A stretch of 64,000 nucleotides of DNA from the human T2T-CHM13v2.0 reference genome, Homo sapiens. Shown here one piece after another: positions 14,080 to 27,080 of the stretch (position 1 is its first letter; each line of letters starts with the position of its first letter). The notes beneath the pieces were generated by a model, which saw only the letters and a program-made list of their open reading frames with translations, was not told the DNA's origin and searched no databases. The position numbers were made by a program, and so were the translations under genes. The stretch is from the NCBI RefSeq assembly GCF_009914755.1, contig NC_060926.1; one strand, given 5' to 3'.

Positions 14080-14420
14080 CCATGTCCCCTCTGCCTAGAA
14101 TGCTCTTTCCCCAGACGACCTCAGGGCTTCACACAAAGGGCACCAGAGGTCGTTCCTGACCATCTTATCTAGAATTTCAACCTCCTCTCTCCACAGCATT
14201 CTCTAACTCTTCTCTGCTTTATTTTTCTGTATAGCGCACTATCTGATACACGATATATTTATTTTTTGATTTACTTACTGATGTGTGTCCCCCGGGAGGA
14301 TGTAAATGCAGTGAAGGAAGGTTTTCTTGTTTGTTTGCCCAGCGATGTATTATACCACCAGTGCCCGAACAGTTATCTGATACACAGCGGGCTCTGTTGA
14401 ATACATATTTGTTGGATTTG
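14080..14420 (+). mobile_element. L2 LINE 3' end
   Basis: ccctctgcctagaatgctctttcccc, ccagtgcccgaacagttatctgatacacag..tatttgttgga. Confidence 0.7.
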
Positions 14421-14639
14421 GTTATCTATTTGTTTATCTATTTGTTAACTGCAGGTTGGAGAGCTGAGGCTGGGCCAGAGACCAGACATGCTCCTGGATC
14501 CATGGTAATGCGCAAAAGAAATTGAGTATCTAAATCAGTCTTTCCCCAAGTGCTCTAAATAGGAGAGAGAAATGTGTGTGTGTTGGGTAAGTGGGGTTGG
14601 GAGAATGGCAGGGGTTATGCATGAAACATTCCTGGCCTA

Positions 14640-15030
14640 AGAGTGAAAACAGCCTGGGTTCTTCTCTTGTCTCTGCTACTTACTAGCGTATGACCTTGGA
14701 CAAAACATTCTCTCTCCAGAATCATTGTTTCTCTCCACTTCACAGAGAGGTCACTCTCTTCCTATCCTGCAGGGCTGTTGATGAAGATCAGCTGGTAAAG
14801 ATCAACATGTGATCTTCACATGAAAAAATTGATTATAGAACCTAATCCTTAAAAATGTGATTTTTAACTGTGTCTAACCAGCATTTTTAATATCTGGGCC
14901 TTTGGAAAAACAGAGTTCAAGTTCAAAGGTGGGATGAATCAATGGAATCCTGGGCCCAGACCAGCAGCCCAGGATCTGCTCATAAAGATTAACAGGTGAA
15001 AGTGCTCTGCAAACAATAAAGTGCATCCCA
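14640..15030 (+). mobile_element. MIR interrupted by copy 2 of the duplication
   Basis: cctgggttct..tctgctacttactagcgtatgaccttggacaa before the insert; tgaaagtgctctgcaaacaataaagtgc after it. Confidence 0.65.
14826..14972 (+). repeat. Copy 2 of a ~146-bp local direct duplication
   Basis: Matches 13933-14078; flanked by TAAAGATCAACATGTGA (14796-14812) and TAAAGATTAACAGGTGA (14983-14999). Confidence 0.9.
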
Positions 15031-15285
15031 AAATAAAGAACTGATGATGATGAAAAGACGAGATATGCAAATAAATAGGGAGGTTAATTCCACAGTGACC
15101 CTCTGTAGGATGCTAGGGCTGTAGTTTTCTGAATATAGCTAGCTGTAATGCCTAGCTCAGTAGTCTACATATGCAAAGTAATCAGGAAGACTGAGAAAAA
15201 TGTATGTACAATTGACATTCTTAATAAAAGGAAAAAGAAAGAGTTAGGGAAATATTCAATGAAATATGATACAAAAACATTTTGC

Positions 15286-15595
15286 AGCCTGATGCAGTGG
15301 CTCACATCTGTAATCCTAGCATTTTGGGAGACCAAGGTCAGAGGATCACTTGTGACTGGAAGTTAGAGACCAGCCTTGGCAAAATAGTGAGTATCTATAA
15401 AAAGTGAAATAAATTAGCTAGGCATGGTGGTGCACACCTGTGGCCCCAGCTACTCGAGAGAATCACTTAAGCCCGGGAGTTTGAGGCTACAATGAACCAT
15501 GATTGTGCCACTGCAGTCTAGCCTGGTGACAGAGCGAGACCCTGTCTCAACAACAACCAAAAAAACCAAAAAAAAAAAAATGACAACAACAAAAA
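15286..15595 (+). mobile_element. Old Alu (AluJ)
   Basis: gaggatcacttg, gagtttgaggctacaatgaaccatgat, accctgtctc; diverged. Confidence 0.9.
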
Positions 15596-15609
15596 GTTTG
15601 AGTTGGAAA

Positions 15610-15945
15610 ATTACATCTTAGTTCAAATGTAACTTTCTCAGAGAAGATTTCCCAGAGCTACCCACAGCTCTCACCTATCTATCCATCAAAAAGTTTAATC
15701 TCTCCTTAATAGCTTCTATCACAATGGGTAATTATAGGTGTAAGACATGTAATTTATTTGTTTATGACCTGGCTTTCCCCACCATCTCCATACTACAAGT
15801 TACATGACCACAAGACCATTTTTGGCTTGCTCACTAATGAATACCCAGAACCTAGTACATTACCAGCAATGTTGTAGCAATCACTCAATACATATTGGTT
15901 GTGTGATCAAATTAATGAGTACATAAATGAATGAATAAATGAACA
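15610..15945 (+). mobile_element. L2 LINE 3' end
   Basis: cccagaacctagtacattacc..cactcaatacatatt..tgaatgaataaatgaa tail. Confidence 0.65.
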
Positions 15946-16589
15946 ATTACTGAAGACATGAATGCATACACACATACATATGTTCCAGATCATAACAGGA
16001 GAACTGAATCCACCTGGCAATTCCTTTCCTGCATGTGTAATAATAAAATAAGTTGGTTTTGTATTCTGTTTTAGCAAAGACAGCTTTCCTGGTGAAACAG
16101 TTCAGTACCTGATGAGAAGGGCTGAAGTGGGCTGTGAGCTGCTGATTTTGCTCCCACTTTTCATTCAATCTTTGTCACTGGCACAGGTGCAAGCAAGTCC
16201 TGCTTGACTAGCTAAACCTGTCAAGCAAAACCCTACTTAATTACAGGCAGAGAACCCTGGCACACCATTTGCGAGTCTGTCTTTAGACGGGTTTGTCCAA
16301 CAAAGTCCAAATATGTGTGTCTGATGCTTTACTCTGGCTGATTGGTCTGCAATGGGAGGGGCTGGAGCCTGCTGGAGAATTGAAAATTAAGTTAGAGTGA
16401 AGGCCAGCCATACAGCTCTCTCCCTACAAATTTCCAAGACGTGGGTCTGCCTCCAGTGACCATGTAGGACATGAAAACCAAGGAGTGCTATATAGAACGG
16501 CCAGGCATAGATGGAGATAAGGCCTGAGGGAAGGGCACTCAACCTGGTCTCCCAAAGAGCATATTCCATCTTTTTTCAATATGCCCTAT

Positions 16590-16790
16590 TATTGAAAAGA
16601 GTTCTGGTTTGGGAGTCAGATATCCAATTGATTTGGGGCTCATTTACTTACTGTGTTATTTACAATTTTCTGGTTTTCCCATTTGTAAAATAAGAATAAA
16701 AATACCTACTCCTCAATATTGTAAAGGTTAAAAGTATATGTATGTGGCAGGCATCTAGTGAGAATTTGAAAATTATAGTTAGTATTATTT
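16590..16790 (+). mobile_element. MIR SINE
   Basis: ggagtcaga..catttacttactgtg..ttttcccatttgtaaaataagaataaaaatacctac. Confidence 0.6.
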
Positions 16791-16859
16791 TCTGGATTAT
16801 ATGCTTGTCTCATAAGTCTCACCATACAAATAGTTTGCACAAGGGTATCTTTATCTAGC

Positions 16860-17025
16860 TCAATCTTGGATATTCAAAGTGGATAAGCTGGGGTGCTTTA
16901 AAAAAAAGAATTATGCCTGGATTGTACCCCCAAAGATTCTGGAGAGATTAGTCTGAGTTGCAGCCTGGAATCCCAGATTTTTAAACCCTCCCCAAGTGAT
17001 TCTAATTAGCAGCCAAAGTCACTGC
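16860..17025. mobile_element. MER5-family MITE fragment
   Basis: atgcctgg..taccccaaagattctg..attagtctgagttgcagcctgg..ccccaagtgattctaat. Confidence 0.65.
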
Positions 17026-17493
17026 TTTGGCTGAAGAACTCTCCACCCAAAAATTGATGCCGAACCAAACTTTCTCTACCCCACAAAGAACTAACATCAG
17101 AAATCCTTTCTAACAAAAAGTCAGCCTTTCTGTTTTCCAGTGATTTTAAGGGGACATTCTCCTGGAAGAAGCTACTCATTAATTTAAGTTGCTATTAGGA
17201 TTTAAAAGTCTTTCTCTGGAGCAAGTTCTTACAGGAGAAAACGCAATGAAGCATCAGGAGAGAAATGCGGTACAGAGAAGGGAGGCTGGAAACAGCACCT
17301 GCTTCCATTTCTCACCATCTTTTATTCTCTGGCGTTATCAGCAAACTCAGAACTCAATTTTGTACTCAACTGCCATAGCTGTGTCTTCAACCGGAATTTC
17401 TTGATATTTTTCTTTCCCTCTTTCTTAAATTCTCAATGGTTTTCTTTTTTTCTTCTGACAATCGGCTTTGGGTTTATCTTAGCTGTTCTTTTA

Positions 17494-17928
<435 letters not shown>

Positions 17929-17989
17929 TCACTAGTATTGCAGACCCTCAGATGTAGTGATAATGCTGGTGGTAATAATAATAAAAAAA

Positions 17990-18170
17990 CAAGCAAGCAA
18001 AAGTAATGATTTTTGAGCACTTACTCCGTGCCAGACATAATTCTGAGGAGTCTGCATGTATTAACTCAATCCGTCGTCACAACAACACTGTAAGCTAGAT
18101 CAGTTCCATTCTACAGATGAGGAAATAGAGGTATCAAATAACCTTCCCAATTTCCAAGTTAGAAAGTAAA
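17990..18170 (-). mobile_element. MIR SINE
   Basis: tttgagcacttactccgtgccagaca..ccattctacagatgaggaaatagagg. Confidence 0.75.
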
Positions 18171-18189
18171 CAAGTTAGCAGCATATACT

Positions 18190-18441
18190 TACTAGAAAAA
18201 AAATATAGGATACTCAATTAAATTTTAGTTTTATACAAGCAATGAATAATATGTTAGTATGTTTCAAATAATCAAATTTAATATTTTAAATATTCACATT
18301 TAAAAAATAATTTTTTTAGCATAAGTGTGTCCCATGTAATTTTGGGGACATAGTTAGAGAAAAAAAAATTATTCATTGTTTATCTGAAATTTACATTTAA
18401 CTGGGTGTCCTGTACTTTTATTTGCTAAATGTGGCAACCCT
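18190..18441. mobile_element. MER53 palindromic MITE
   Basis: tttagcataagtgtgtcccatgtaattttggggacat..ttattcattgtttatctgaaatttacatttaactgggtgtcctgta..tttgctaaatgtggcaaccct. Confidence 0.85.
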
Positions 18442-19599
18442 AGTTAGGAGTCAAAGCCAGCCTAATTCCAGAACATGTGCTGTTACCATTATGACCTGCT
18501 GTCTCTGCCTTTAGGAACGATGGCCAGCTCCACGGTTCTGGAAATTTGGGAACAGGAGTTGAGGCAGAAGACATGGCTACCATGTGCCAGGGCCATGCTG
18601 GCCACCAGCCTCTTTCCCTTTCTCTCCCCAAGGGGATCTCTTAGTTTATCTGCAGGCTCAGCCTTGCTACCAGTTCCTAACCTAAAGCAGTGACCTTGGC
18701 CCAGCTGTTATCACTATTGAAGAGTTCAGAATGTCTCCTTGCAGTCAATTCAGACTGCAGGATAGTTTGTAGGGCATACATGGTGTTCAGGATCTGAGAA
18801 GTGGTCTCTCATTTTCTCTTCCATCATCAGTTCATGGTGGTCCCCGGCATCTCCACAGTTGAACTTCGGCCTTGACTGCTGTTATGAGTGGCCACTTAGG
18901 TAAAATGATTAGTGCATCTGCCCCTCCAAGGCTGGCATCCTGCTTTGCTTTTGTTAGACCTTCTCCCAAGGACTGGAGCCCTGCCCACAAATCTTAGCCC
19001 AAAAGTGTTACTACCTGTTGGTAATCTTCCCGGAGGTTGATCCACTTCTTTAAATTTGGATAACATTCACTCCAGATTCCTCCCTGTTGGGTGATCCTTA
19101 CTTATCGAGACACCCCCATTCTTCATCTTAAATTTCTATCATCAATTGCATCTGAAGCCTCTGGCCTTCAGTTACCAGAATTGGCCTGCTGGACAGAACC
19201 TCCCCTGTATAAGCCTGCCCTTATTATTTCCCTGCCGGCTCCTAGCCTATGCCAACGGATGGTTTGAGCTCTAGGTCTTGGTGCTCCCCACTTGCCCTCT
19301 CCAGCAGCAAGCAACCAGCCAGTTGGCCCTGGCTGGATCCCAAGACAGGTTAGCATGAACAGTCTCTTCCCCTGGCACCTTCCTAACACCACACTTCATC
19401 CCTTTTTAGTAGGGTTTGAATTCACTATTCTGTGGAGTTGGGCCCCTGTCTGAAAGTTAAAACTGCTTAGAGATTCATGGGGGTGGTGGCAAGAGGAATA
19501 CACAAAAGCTTTGTTTATATCCAAAGAAAAGAACTAAATGGTACCCAATAAACCCTAAAGTAAATATTAGGAAAGGGAAAACTATCCAAATTCAAGAAC

Positions 19600-19755
19600 T
19601 GCAGGAAACTTGGGTTTATTTTTTAATAACAAATCATGCCAGACAACCTAATTAGCATTTTGATGGTGTTATGACATGACTAGTTAATGTAGCAGTTGGT
19701 GGTAATATCCTGGATCTTTCTTTTAATGAATCATTTGATAGCATCTCATGAAATT
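19600..19755 (+). mobile_element. CR1/L3 reverse-transcriptase fossil
   Basis: Degenerate codons for GF..KSCQT(NL)I..FD..VI(YL)D..F...FD.(V)S(H), the CR1/L2-clade RT N-terminal motifs, with frameshifts. Confidence 0.55.
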
Positions 19756-21627
19756 TTTACTCACTGTTATCACTCTGTAGTTTGTTGCAATTTGCTCAAT
19801 GCCTCTTAATAAACATACAAACAAGTCTTCTGCCCAAGGGAGCTTACAATCAACAAGAAAAGTCAAGCAGAGAAGGGGTTCCCACAGGAAGGAAAATAAA
19901 ATCTCTTACTACCGACACAGCCTGCTCTGAATTACCAAGTGCACTGGCCTCATCATCAGTCATCTTCGCAAACACTTATTAAATGGTAATCCGCACGTGG
20001 TGATGTGGAAGGATCTAGCTCAAGGGAGTGAAGCAGAAACAGTCCATGGTCTCTGCAGGAATTGACAATCCAGAGAGCCAGAGAAGAGACTGTGCTGCAC
20101 TTTTCTTATCCTCTGTTCCCTGGTAGCTCACTGAGTTAGTATTTCACAGGCAAAAGCAGCACTAAGTCATGGTGTCTGTGGGGCTTGCTTTTGTCCCGAT
20201 GCTTGGGAATACAGGAGTTGACCTTTTCAGCTTCTGAACATTTTCTCCCTAAAATAAATTAGGTTTACTTTTTGATTGTTTGTCAAATCTGAAGTCCTTC
20301 CATATATAACTAGGCCTCCTTTTAAAGAGCTTTCATTTTGGATTCTTACTTAATTTTTAACACATGTTCAAGTGTGCTCTGCTCATCTTTCAAGAGCACA
20401 TTTCGAAAGCAAGTTTATAGTAAAGTATCCCCTTTCAGATGGTGCATTAAATCTTAATGTAATTTACTTGTGCTTCTGAGTATATACGTGCATAAGCCTA
20501 TGTGTGAGCCCCCCCATCCTTAATTGCATGATGTACAATATGAATATGTAAAATAATCAGGATTTATTGGGTATTCCCAGAGTTTTATGTACTGTGCTGA
20601 TATGCTCCTCTTAGAGGAAAGGTAAGATTTTTTATCTACATTTTGTATATGAAAAGATGAAGGCACAGAGAACTGCCACATGGTAAGTCATAAAAGTGGT
20701 CTTTGAACCGATAGTCTAACTCCAGACCTATGCTCATAACCATTACACTGATTGAAATGTTATTTTTAAAGATCCTATTTGTAAAACCTTTCCAGGTGAT
20801 TCCAATGTACAGCCAGTTTGGGGGTAAATTATGTATAGAATGCTGTTCCCTCATTTAAGACAGACCATAGCGGACTTCTAGAATAGATGCAAGTTAAATC
20901 GCCTCTGTGGGACCCTGCAGGTGTGGTTGCCATAATTCCACCGTGCACCACTGCTGCTGCACACAGGAAGGGCAGCTGCCCAAAGGCTCCTGAACTAGGT
21001 TCCACCTTCCTTGCAATCCCCCCGGGACGCTTATGCTCAGACTGATGACTTTCACCTTGAGAACACAGCCCCTTCCCCTTACTGGTATCCCCTCTCACTA
21101 TCCAGCCGCAATACATTTCCAAAGAATTCTCAAACACAACACAGTTTACTTTTCTGTGCTAGCGAAGATTTATGAGGGCACGAAGTGTATACTGGCAGGC
21201 AATTACAGCCCACTTGAAAATGCCTTTGCAGAAGGCTGAAATCTGATAAGGAAGCAGGGTGAGATTCTCAGAGGGAGCAGGCCTCCTGTTCTGCTTTTTC
21301 CATGTTCAAATCACCTCAATTTGGGAATGCAATATTTTTTAACTTGTACAGATTGACTTTTGTGCTGCTGCAATATACGATACACTTAAATATTTTTCCA
21401 GAGAATACATAGCATTAGAACTTGTGCATGCTGGACTGGACAGGACAGGTCCAGTGTCCCCTAGCCAGCCTGCCCGTCTGAAAAGCCAAGCCCACAGCTC
21501 TAAGGGAAGATGTTAAGGACAAATAAATCATCGTGCTTTTCACTATATGATACCACAATCCTTGCCACAAGACGATTAGACCAATATCATCACCTGACCC
21601 AAGGCAGCCATTTACAGGGTGTCTGGT

Positions 21628-21996
21628 TGTATTAGTCCGTTCTCACAGTGCTAATAAAGATGTACCCAACACTGGGTAATTTATAAAGGAAAGAGGTTTA
21701 ATTGACTCACACTTCTACATTCTGGGGAGCCTCAGGAAACTTACAATCATGGCAGAAGGCGAAGTAAAGATGTCCTTCTTCATATAGCGGCAGCAAGGAG
21801 CGTGCAGAGCAAAAGGGGGAAAAGCCCCTTATAAACCACCTGATCTCACGAGAACTCACTCACTATCAGGAGAACAGAATGGAGGAAACTGCCCCATGAT
21901 TCAATTATCTCCACCTGGTCCTTCCCATGACACGTGGAGATTATGGGAACTACAATTCAAGATGAGATTTGGGTGGGCCACAGCCAAACCATATCA
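21628..21996 (-). mobile_element. THE1 (ERVL-MaLR) solo LTR
   Basis: tgtattagtccgttctcac…ggaaacttacaatcatggcagaaggcgaa…cagccaaaccatatca, ~370 bp. Confidence 0.93.
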
Positions 21997-22339
21997 TCAG
22001 TGATCCATGAAACAGCTGCACTTGAGAATTCCACCCAACAGGGTGCCTTGTACTATGTAATTGTTAATGAACCTCACTAATCCTCTCTATGCCAGAGAAT
22101 TTCAGCCTGAGGAACAGTAGAAAACAGAAGTGTAAATGCAAATACAGCCAGGAAGTAAAAGTCAGGAGGAGAGAGCAGAGCTGAGTACATGAGTTGGTAG
22201 AAGCAAAAATAATAAAAGCTGTCACCATAATGGTTTAGTCTCAGAAATGAAGGCCTCAGATGCTTGTTGCTGAGGTAGGAACAAGAGAGCCAGAGCGACA
22301 GTATAGCCATTCACAGCCCTCCTGTCAGGCTGGCTTTGA

Positions 22340-22466
22340 GCAAGGAAGGGCCCTGCCAGTGGTTTAATGCTCTGTTGCTGCCACCTTGAAATTCTTCATA
22401 AGACTTAAACGTGGGGCCCCGCACTGGCATTTTGCATGGGGTCCAGCAATTATGCAGCTGGCCCTG
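22340..22466. mobile_element. MER91-like hAT-Tip100 fragment
   Basis: ggtttaatgctctgttg..cttgaaattctt..ggggccccgca..cattttgcatggggtccagcaattatgcagctggccctg. Confidence 0.6.
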
Positions 22467-22499
22467 CTACTTGATGTCTTTTTTAAAACATTATGTAAG

Positions 22500-22630
22500 T
22501 TTTTATATAGAGACAGGGTCTCACTGTGTTGCCCAGGGTGTCTCGAACTCCCAGACTCAAGTGATTCTCCTGCCTTGGCCTCCCAAAGGTGGAAAGTGCT
22601 AGGATTACAGCTGAGCCACCATGCGCGGCC
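22500..22630 (-). mobile_element. FLAM / Alu monomer
   Basis: Single antisense left-arm monomer; flanking near-direct repeats tgtctttt..aaa(a/g)cat. Confidence 0.85.
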
Positions 22631-22687
22631 ACTGTTGTCTTTTAAAGCATAACCTTTTGGTACCTGAGATGGTTTTCTTTCTTTCCT

Positions 22688-23570
22688 AGTGGATTATACA
22701 AGCTTTATGGACCCTGAAGCTTATATAATCACAAGAGCCCCTTAAAGTAAAAGGTTACAAAATTATGAACATAAAAGTAGGTTTGAAGTGAATATTTACC
22801 TAAATTGAATAAATAAATCCCAACAAACACCACAAACTAGAAAATCTAGAAACATAACTGTCTGATAGACTTCTGTAATATGTGTCTCACATTTTTGCCG
22901 CATTCTCTTTGTCTGCCTTTCTGTATGGTGATGGTTTTGTAACTATTTTCTCAGTCTTCTAGCATAGTTGGTCAATTTTCTTTAAATTGACGACTAGAGA
23001 GTTTAATTTTGTTTCACAACTTGATATTGGTAATATCATGTATATTTTTAGAACTGTTGTCAAATTTGGACAAACTCCTCGTGAGTTCAGCACATTTCAG
23101 GATTATTTGTCCAAGGACTTCCCTTAAATGCCCCTTGAAACAGAAAAGTCATTAACCAGTTCATCTCTGATGTCTTACATTGCAGCACCAGGTAAGTATC
23201 CAAAGGCAGCGCCCATGGGAATATTTCTGGAATCCATTCTGACCAGCATTAACTTAACACTATCTAAAAGTGAAGGATAACCCCATCCATATGTTCCACT
23301 TATCCTAAACCAAATATATACCCTGCCCAGTTTCTCCTGAGTTGAATCTCAAAATTGCCTGTATCTACTCCAATTCCACCTAACAAATGGGGAAGTGCAA
23401 TTTAGAAGTTGGAGTAAAAGAGATGATTTTCTTGATTGTAGTTAAAATATCTTACTTTTTGCACATTTTGCAAAATCCTGTGATTACATTGCTAGAGCCG
23501 CTTCATGCAAGGGAGGGGGCCCTAAAGCTTAAGCTTCTTGAGCTTTTAAGTGCACTTAGAGGATATCTAT
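22688..23570. mobile_element. Zaphod/MER115-like hAT-Tip100 DNA transposon remnant
   Basis: ggaccctgaagcttatataat..ttacaaaattatgaacataaaa at one end; gggccctaaagcttaagcttc at the other. Confidence 0.55.
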
Positions 23571-26500
23571 AGTGAAATTATCTTTGTTCCTTGCAACCTG
23601 AAAAAACCCGACATACTCCCAATCCAACGTTGATCTGCTGGCTTTTCAAACAATGTTCAAAAACATTACAGGCTGACTTTGTGTGGTCCCCTAACTACGA
23701 GGAGTGGTGGACAGAGTAAGCTTTAAGGAAGAGAGGGTAATTACAACCTCTTAGTCTGGACAACTCTTTCCAGCTATACTAGCAGAACCTTTTCTTGCCT
23801 CAGTTTCCCTCTGCTTATTTGTTTGTTTGTTTGTTTGTTTTCCAAGCCTGTTCAAAACCAAACTACTCTCTACACAGCACCTAAAAAAATATGCCTCTAT
23901 GTTGTGCAGAATCCTGGGATTTCCTGTTCTGCAGCTTTACTGTGTGAAAGCAACTTCCTCTTTCTTTATTCCCTTTTAATTATCCAGACACCAATGTACT
24001 TTGTTTATCATGATATTGTTTTTACAGCTTAAGCTATCATCCTTTAACACATGTACACAATGCACCAACAATACTCTTTACTCCAGATCATTAAATAGCT
24101 GCAATTTTCTCTATCTCCAAAACTCCACCACACCTTTTTCATCTTAGAACTTGGTTTAGATGTGGTTTTCCTTTACTATCATAAATCTGAACTAGGAGAA
24201 GAGTAGCAAACCTGTCTCAGTTTCATCCAGATCATAGTTCGATGAACCAATATATGTGAAAGTTCTTCACACAATATGCTGTTCATAAAAGAAATTCAAT
24301 AACTTCTTATACTATTTTTTTTTTTGCTTCTCTGATTCAAAGGTGTGCAACATACATGGAAAAATTAACAATTTAAATGTCTTCTAAAATTTTTTTCTTG
24401 AACACATATGACCCAACTTTTACCTATAAGACTGAGTGGAGTCCAAAAATACTCATTGTCTCCTTTAATTTTTTTCTCTAAGTTATTTCAAAGCATAATT
24501 CTTAATTCTAAAATGTGCAAGGTGGCCTTAAATTAAGTTAATTGCTGGAATCAGTTGAAATATTTCACAATCTCTTCCAACTGTATTATGGCACACTGGT
24601 TTTAAAGCAGTTAATAGTTCTAGAAAATAATGTATTAGCAGTCAAAAATATGAATCAATGATATTACTCTAATATCATTTCAGAAGCAACCAGAATGGTG
24701 GAATTAATAACATCCTATTATTTTATTACTGTGTAAGAATTTATAGCGATGCTGACACCACACTAGGACTAATTCTCTCTTTTATTGGACTTTATTAGAC
24801 AATGGATGACAGGGCCTTCTCCAGTGTCCCTGGGGAGCCCCACAGTGACCCAGGCAAGGTCACCTTCTTAACCCTCACCCAGAAGCTCATCATTCTTTTG
24901 TCTTTTCCAGTTCACACAGAGTTCATGCATAAAAATACCTGCCTAAACCAGAGGTCAACCAATCAACAAGGTGGTATTGGAACACTTAAACACTTAAAAT
25001 CCAACTTGAATTTGATAAGTAATATATTATGGGCTTTCCATCATCAACTCGCTTTGACAGGTAATCTATCTTTAGATTTATGCTTTGGAACATTGACCAA
25101 AACTGATGTCGTCTGGCTGTCCTGAGTCCAAATTTGTTGACCTACAGGCTGAAGGTATGTGGGGAGAAGACTTCGACTGATGATCAATTGAAGAAAGAAT
25201 TTCATTCAATGTTTCTTTATCAGCATGAGAGTTTGGGGAAGTTTTGGGTCCACGTAGGTTGAAAAGCTCATCCCAATCACCTTATATTGTGAGGTAAAAT
25301 TTATGTTTTGATCTGCTATTGCTATCTGGATCTATAATACCTGCTTGTGGTCTAAGCAATTGATTTAAAAAGCTGCTCATCCCAGTCGCCCATTCACTTA
25401 AATGATATTTACGAAACACCTGATATACACTACTCATGGTTCTAGATATCAAGGGCCAACATGGAACAAGGCATTATTCTCCTGAAGATCATAATTCAGT
25501 CTTTCTTTCTGATTCACTGATAAGACCCTGCCTTAGCTAGAGATAGAATGAAGAAAGTTCTGATGCTGTCTTTCCCCTGGCCCCTTGGTTCTAACTTTAG
25601 AGAGAGCCTTTTTTGTTTGGTTTGGTTTAAGTTTAAAAGCCATTCATATTCAAGGCTTCTCTCCATTTTCAAGAATATAGCAATGGCCACAAAAAATCAT
25701 TGTAATACTTTACATATTTAATAAAGTTTTATTCAATGAAGAGAATAAAATTGTGTATCATTAGGGTATAATAAAATTTCAGATCAAAGAGAAGAGATGC
25801 AGAAATTACTACATTCAGCTCTACCAATGTATATTCTTTCCTTCCACTTTGTATTGTATTCTAAGTTGATAGCTCTTGGGAAAATATTCTTGTGTATTTC
25901 CAAGAGACAAGACAAGTGAACATAAAATAATAACATACTGAAGCTAGAAGAGACCTTGTGAATCACCAAAACTCTGGATTCCCATGGGAGAAAATGGCCT
26001 TTTCTTCCACTATTTTCATTTCCAAGACACTGAAGTTTTTCAATGGCAGAAGCCATATGTCTTTGTTCATCTCAGTTTCTCAGCCTGCAGGAGGAATCCT
26101 ATGGTGCCAGTGAAACTGATGTGACCTTCTAATCCATGGTCTTGTGTTCTTTCAACAATACCACATGAAGGAGTGTGTGGGAGGAGAAAGTCTCATAAAT
26201 TGAAAAGGAAAGGCTTTGAACGGTTTTCTTTAAGCCAAATTAATGAAAATTAATAGCTCTTTTGCCCCAAAACCTGCACCACCACACGATCCTGTGACTG
26301 GTCTTCAACTGCTTAACATCAGCAGCTTTGGATTTAATGGAACAAGGGGAAAGTAAATCAACATTTATTGAGCACCTGCTATATGCCAGGAAGTTATCAC
26401 ATACTACCTCATCTGAAGCCACATATTTTGTAGAATTATACCTTCTGATTTGTTTTCCTTTCGTGTTTCCTTGTGAAACTCTTTTTAAGTAGTAATAAAG

Positions 26501-26689
26501 GGGAAAAAATTAGACCAAGAAGGTTTGAAAGATCCAAGGTCTCCTGATAGCTCACAGAAGTGATAACAGCCTAATAACCTGCTAGAGGATTAGGTGAAAG
26601 ATGGTGGAGCTAGAATGGGTGGAGATGGGAAACCTGCCTATGTGCACGGGCCCCCAGGTAATCCATGAGACACAGCCCCTCAAGCCTCA

Positions 26690-27080
26690 CCTGGCTTACA
26701 GGATTTAAGCAAATAACAGGAAGTCTGGAAGTAATAGTTAACAGTGTCAGTTCAGTGTTAGATCAGTCTGCATCTTTGTGATTCTCTTGGCTTTTCCTTC
26801 CTGTTTATCACTTTATGATTTCGAGATGGTTGCCTGAGAGCCCAATGTCTCAACTTTTCGTGACAGTAAGAAAGTAGGAAGGGGAAATGACAGCCACTTG
26901 TATGCCTTTTATCAGGATATGGAAATTCTATAATAGATTTCTACTATATCTCATTGGTCAGAACAATGTCACATGGTCGCTTTTGTCTACATGGGAAGCA
27001 GAAAAGATGAATACTCTATAGCGAAAGATGAAGAGTGAGAAGGACATTGGGAACAGCTACTGGAGAAGCAGTGTCTGCTG
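26690..27080 (-). mobile_element. MLT1J/K-like LTR
   Basis: aacaggaagtctggaagta, agatggttgcc, tctcattggtcagaacaatgtcacatggtc, cagtgtctgc end. Confidence 0.55.

Noticed and set aside
14585-14615. Possible G-quadruplex (four G-runs)
   Set aside because: One loop is about 9 nt, the motif is isolated, and there is no regulatory context.
13933-14972. Direct repeats interpreted as the LTRs of a retroelement
   Set aside because: There are no TG..CA ends, primer-binding site or polypurine tract, and the intervening DNA is L2 and MIR.
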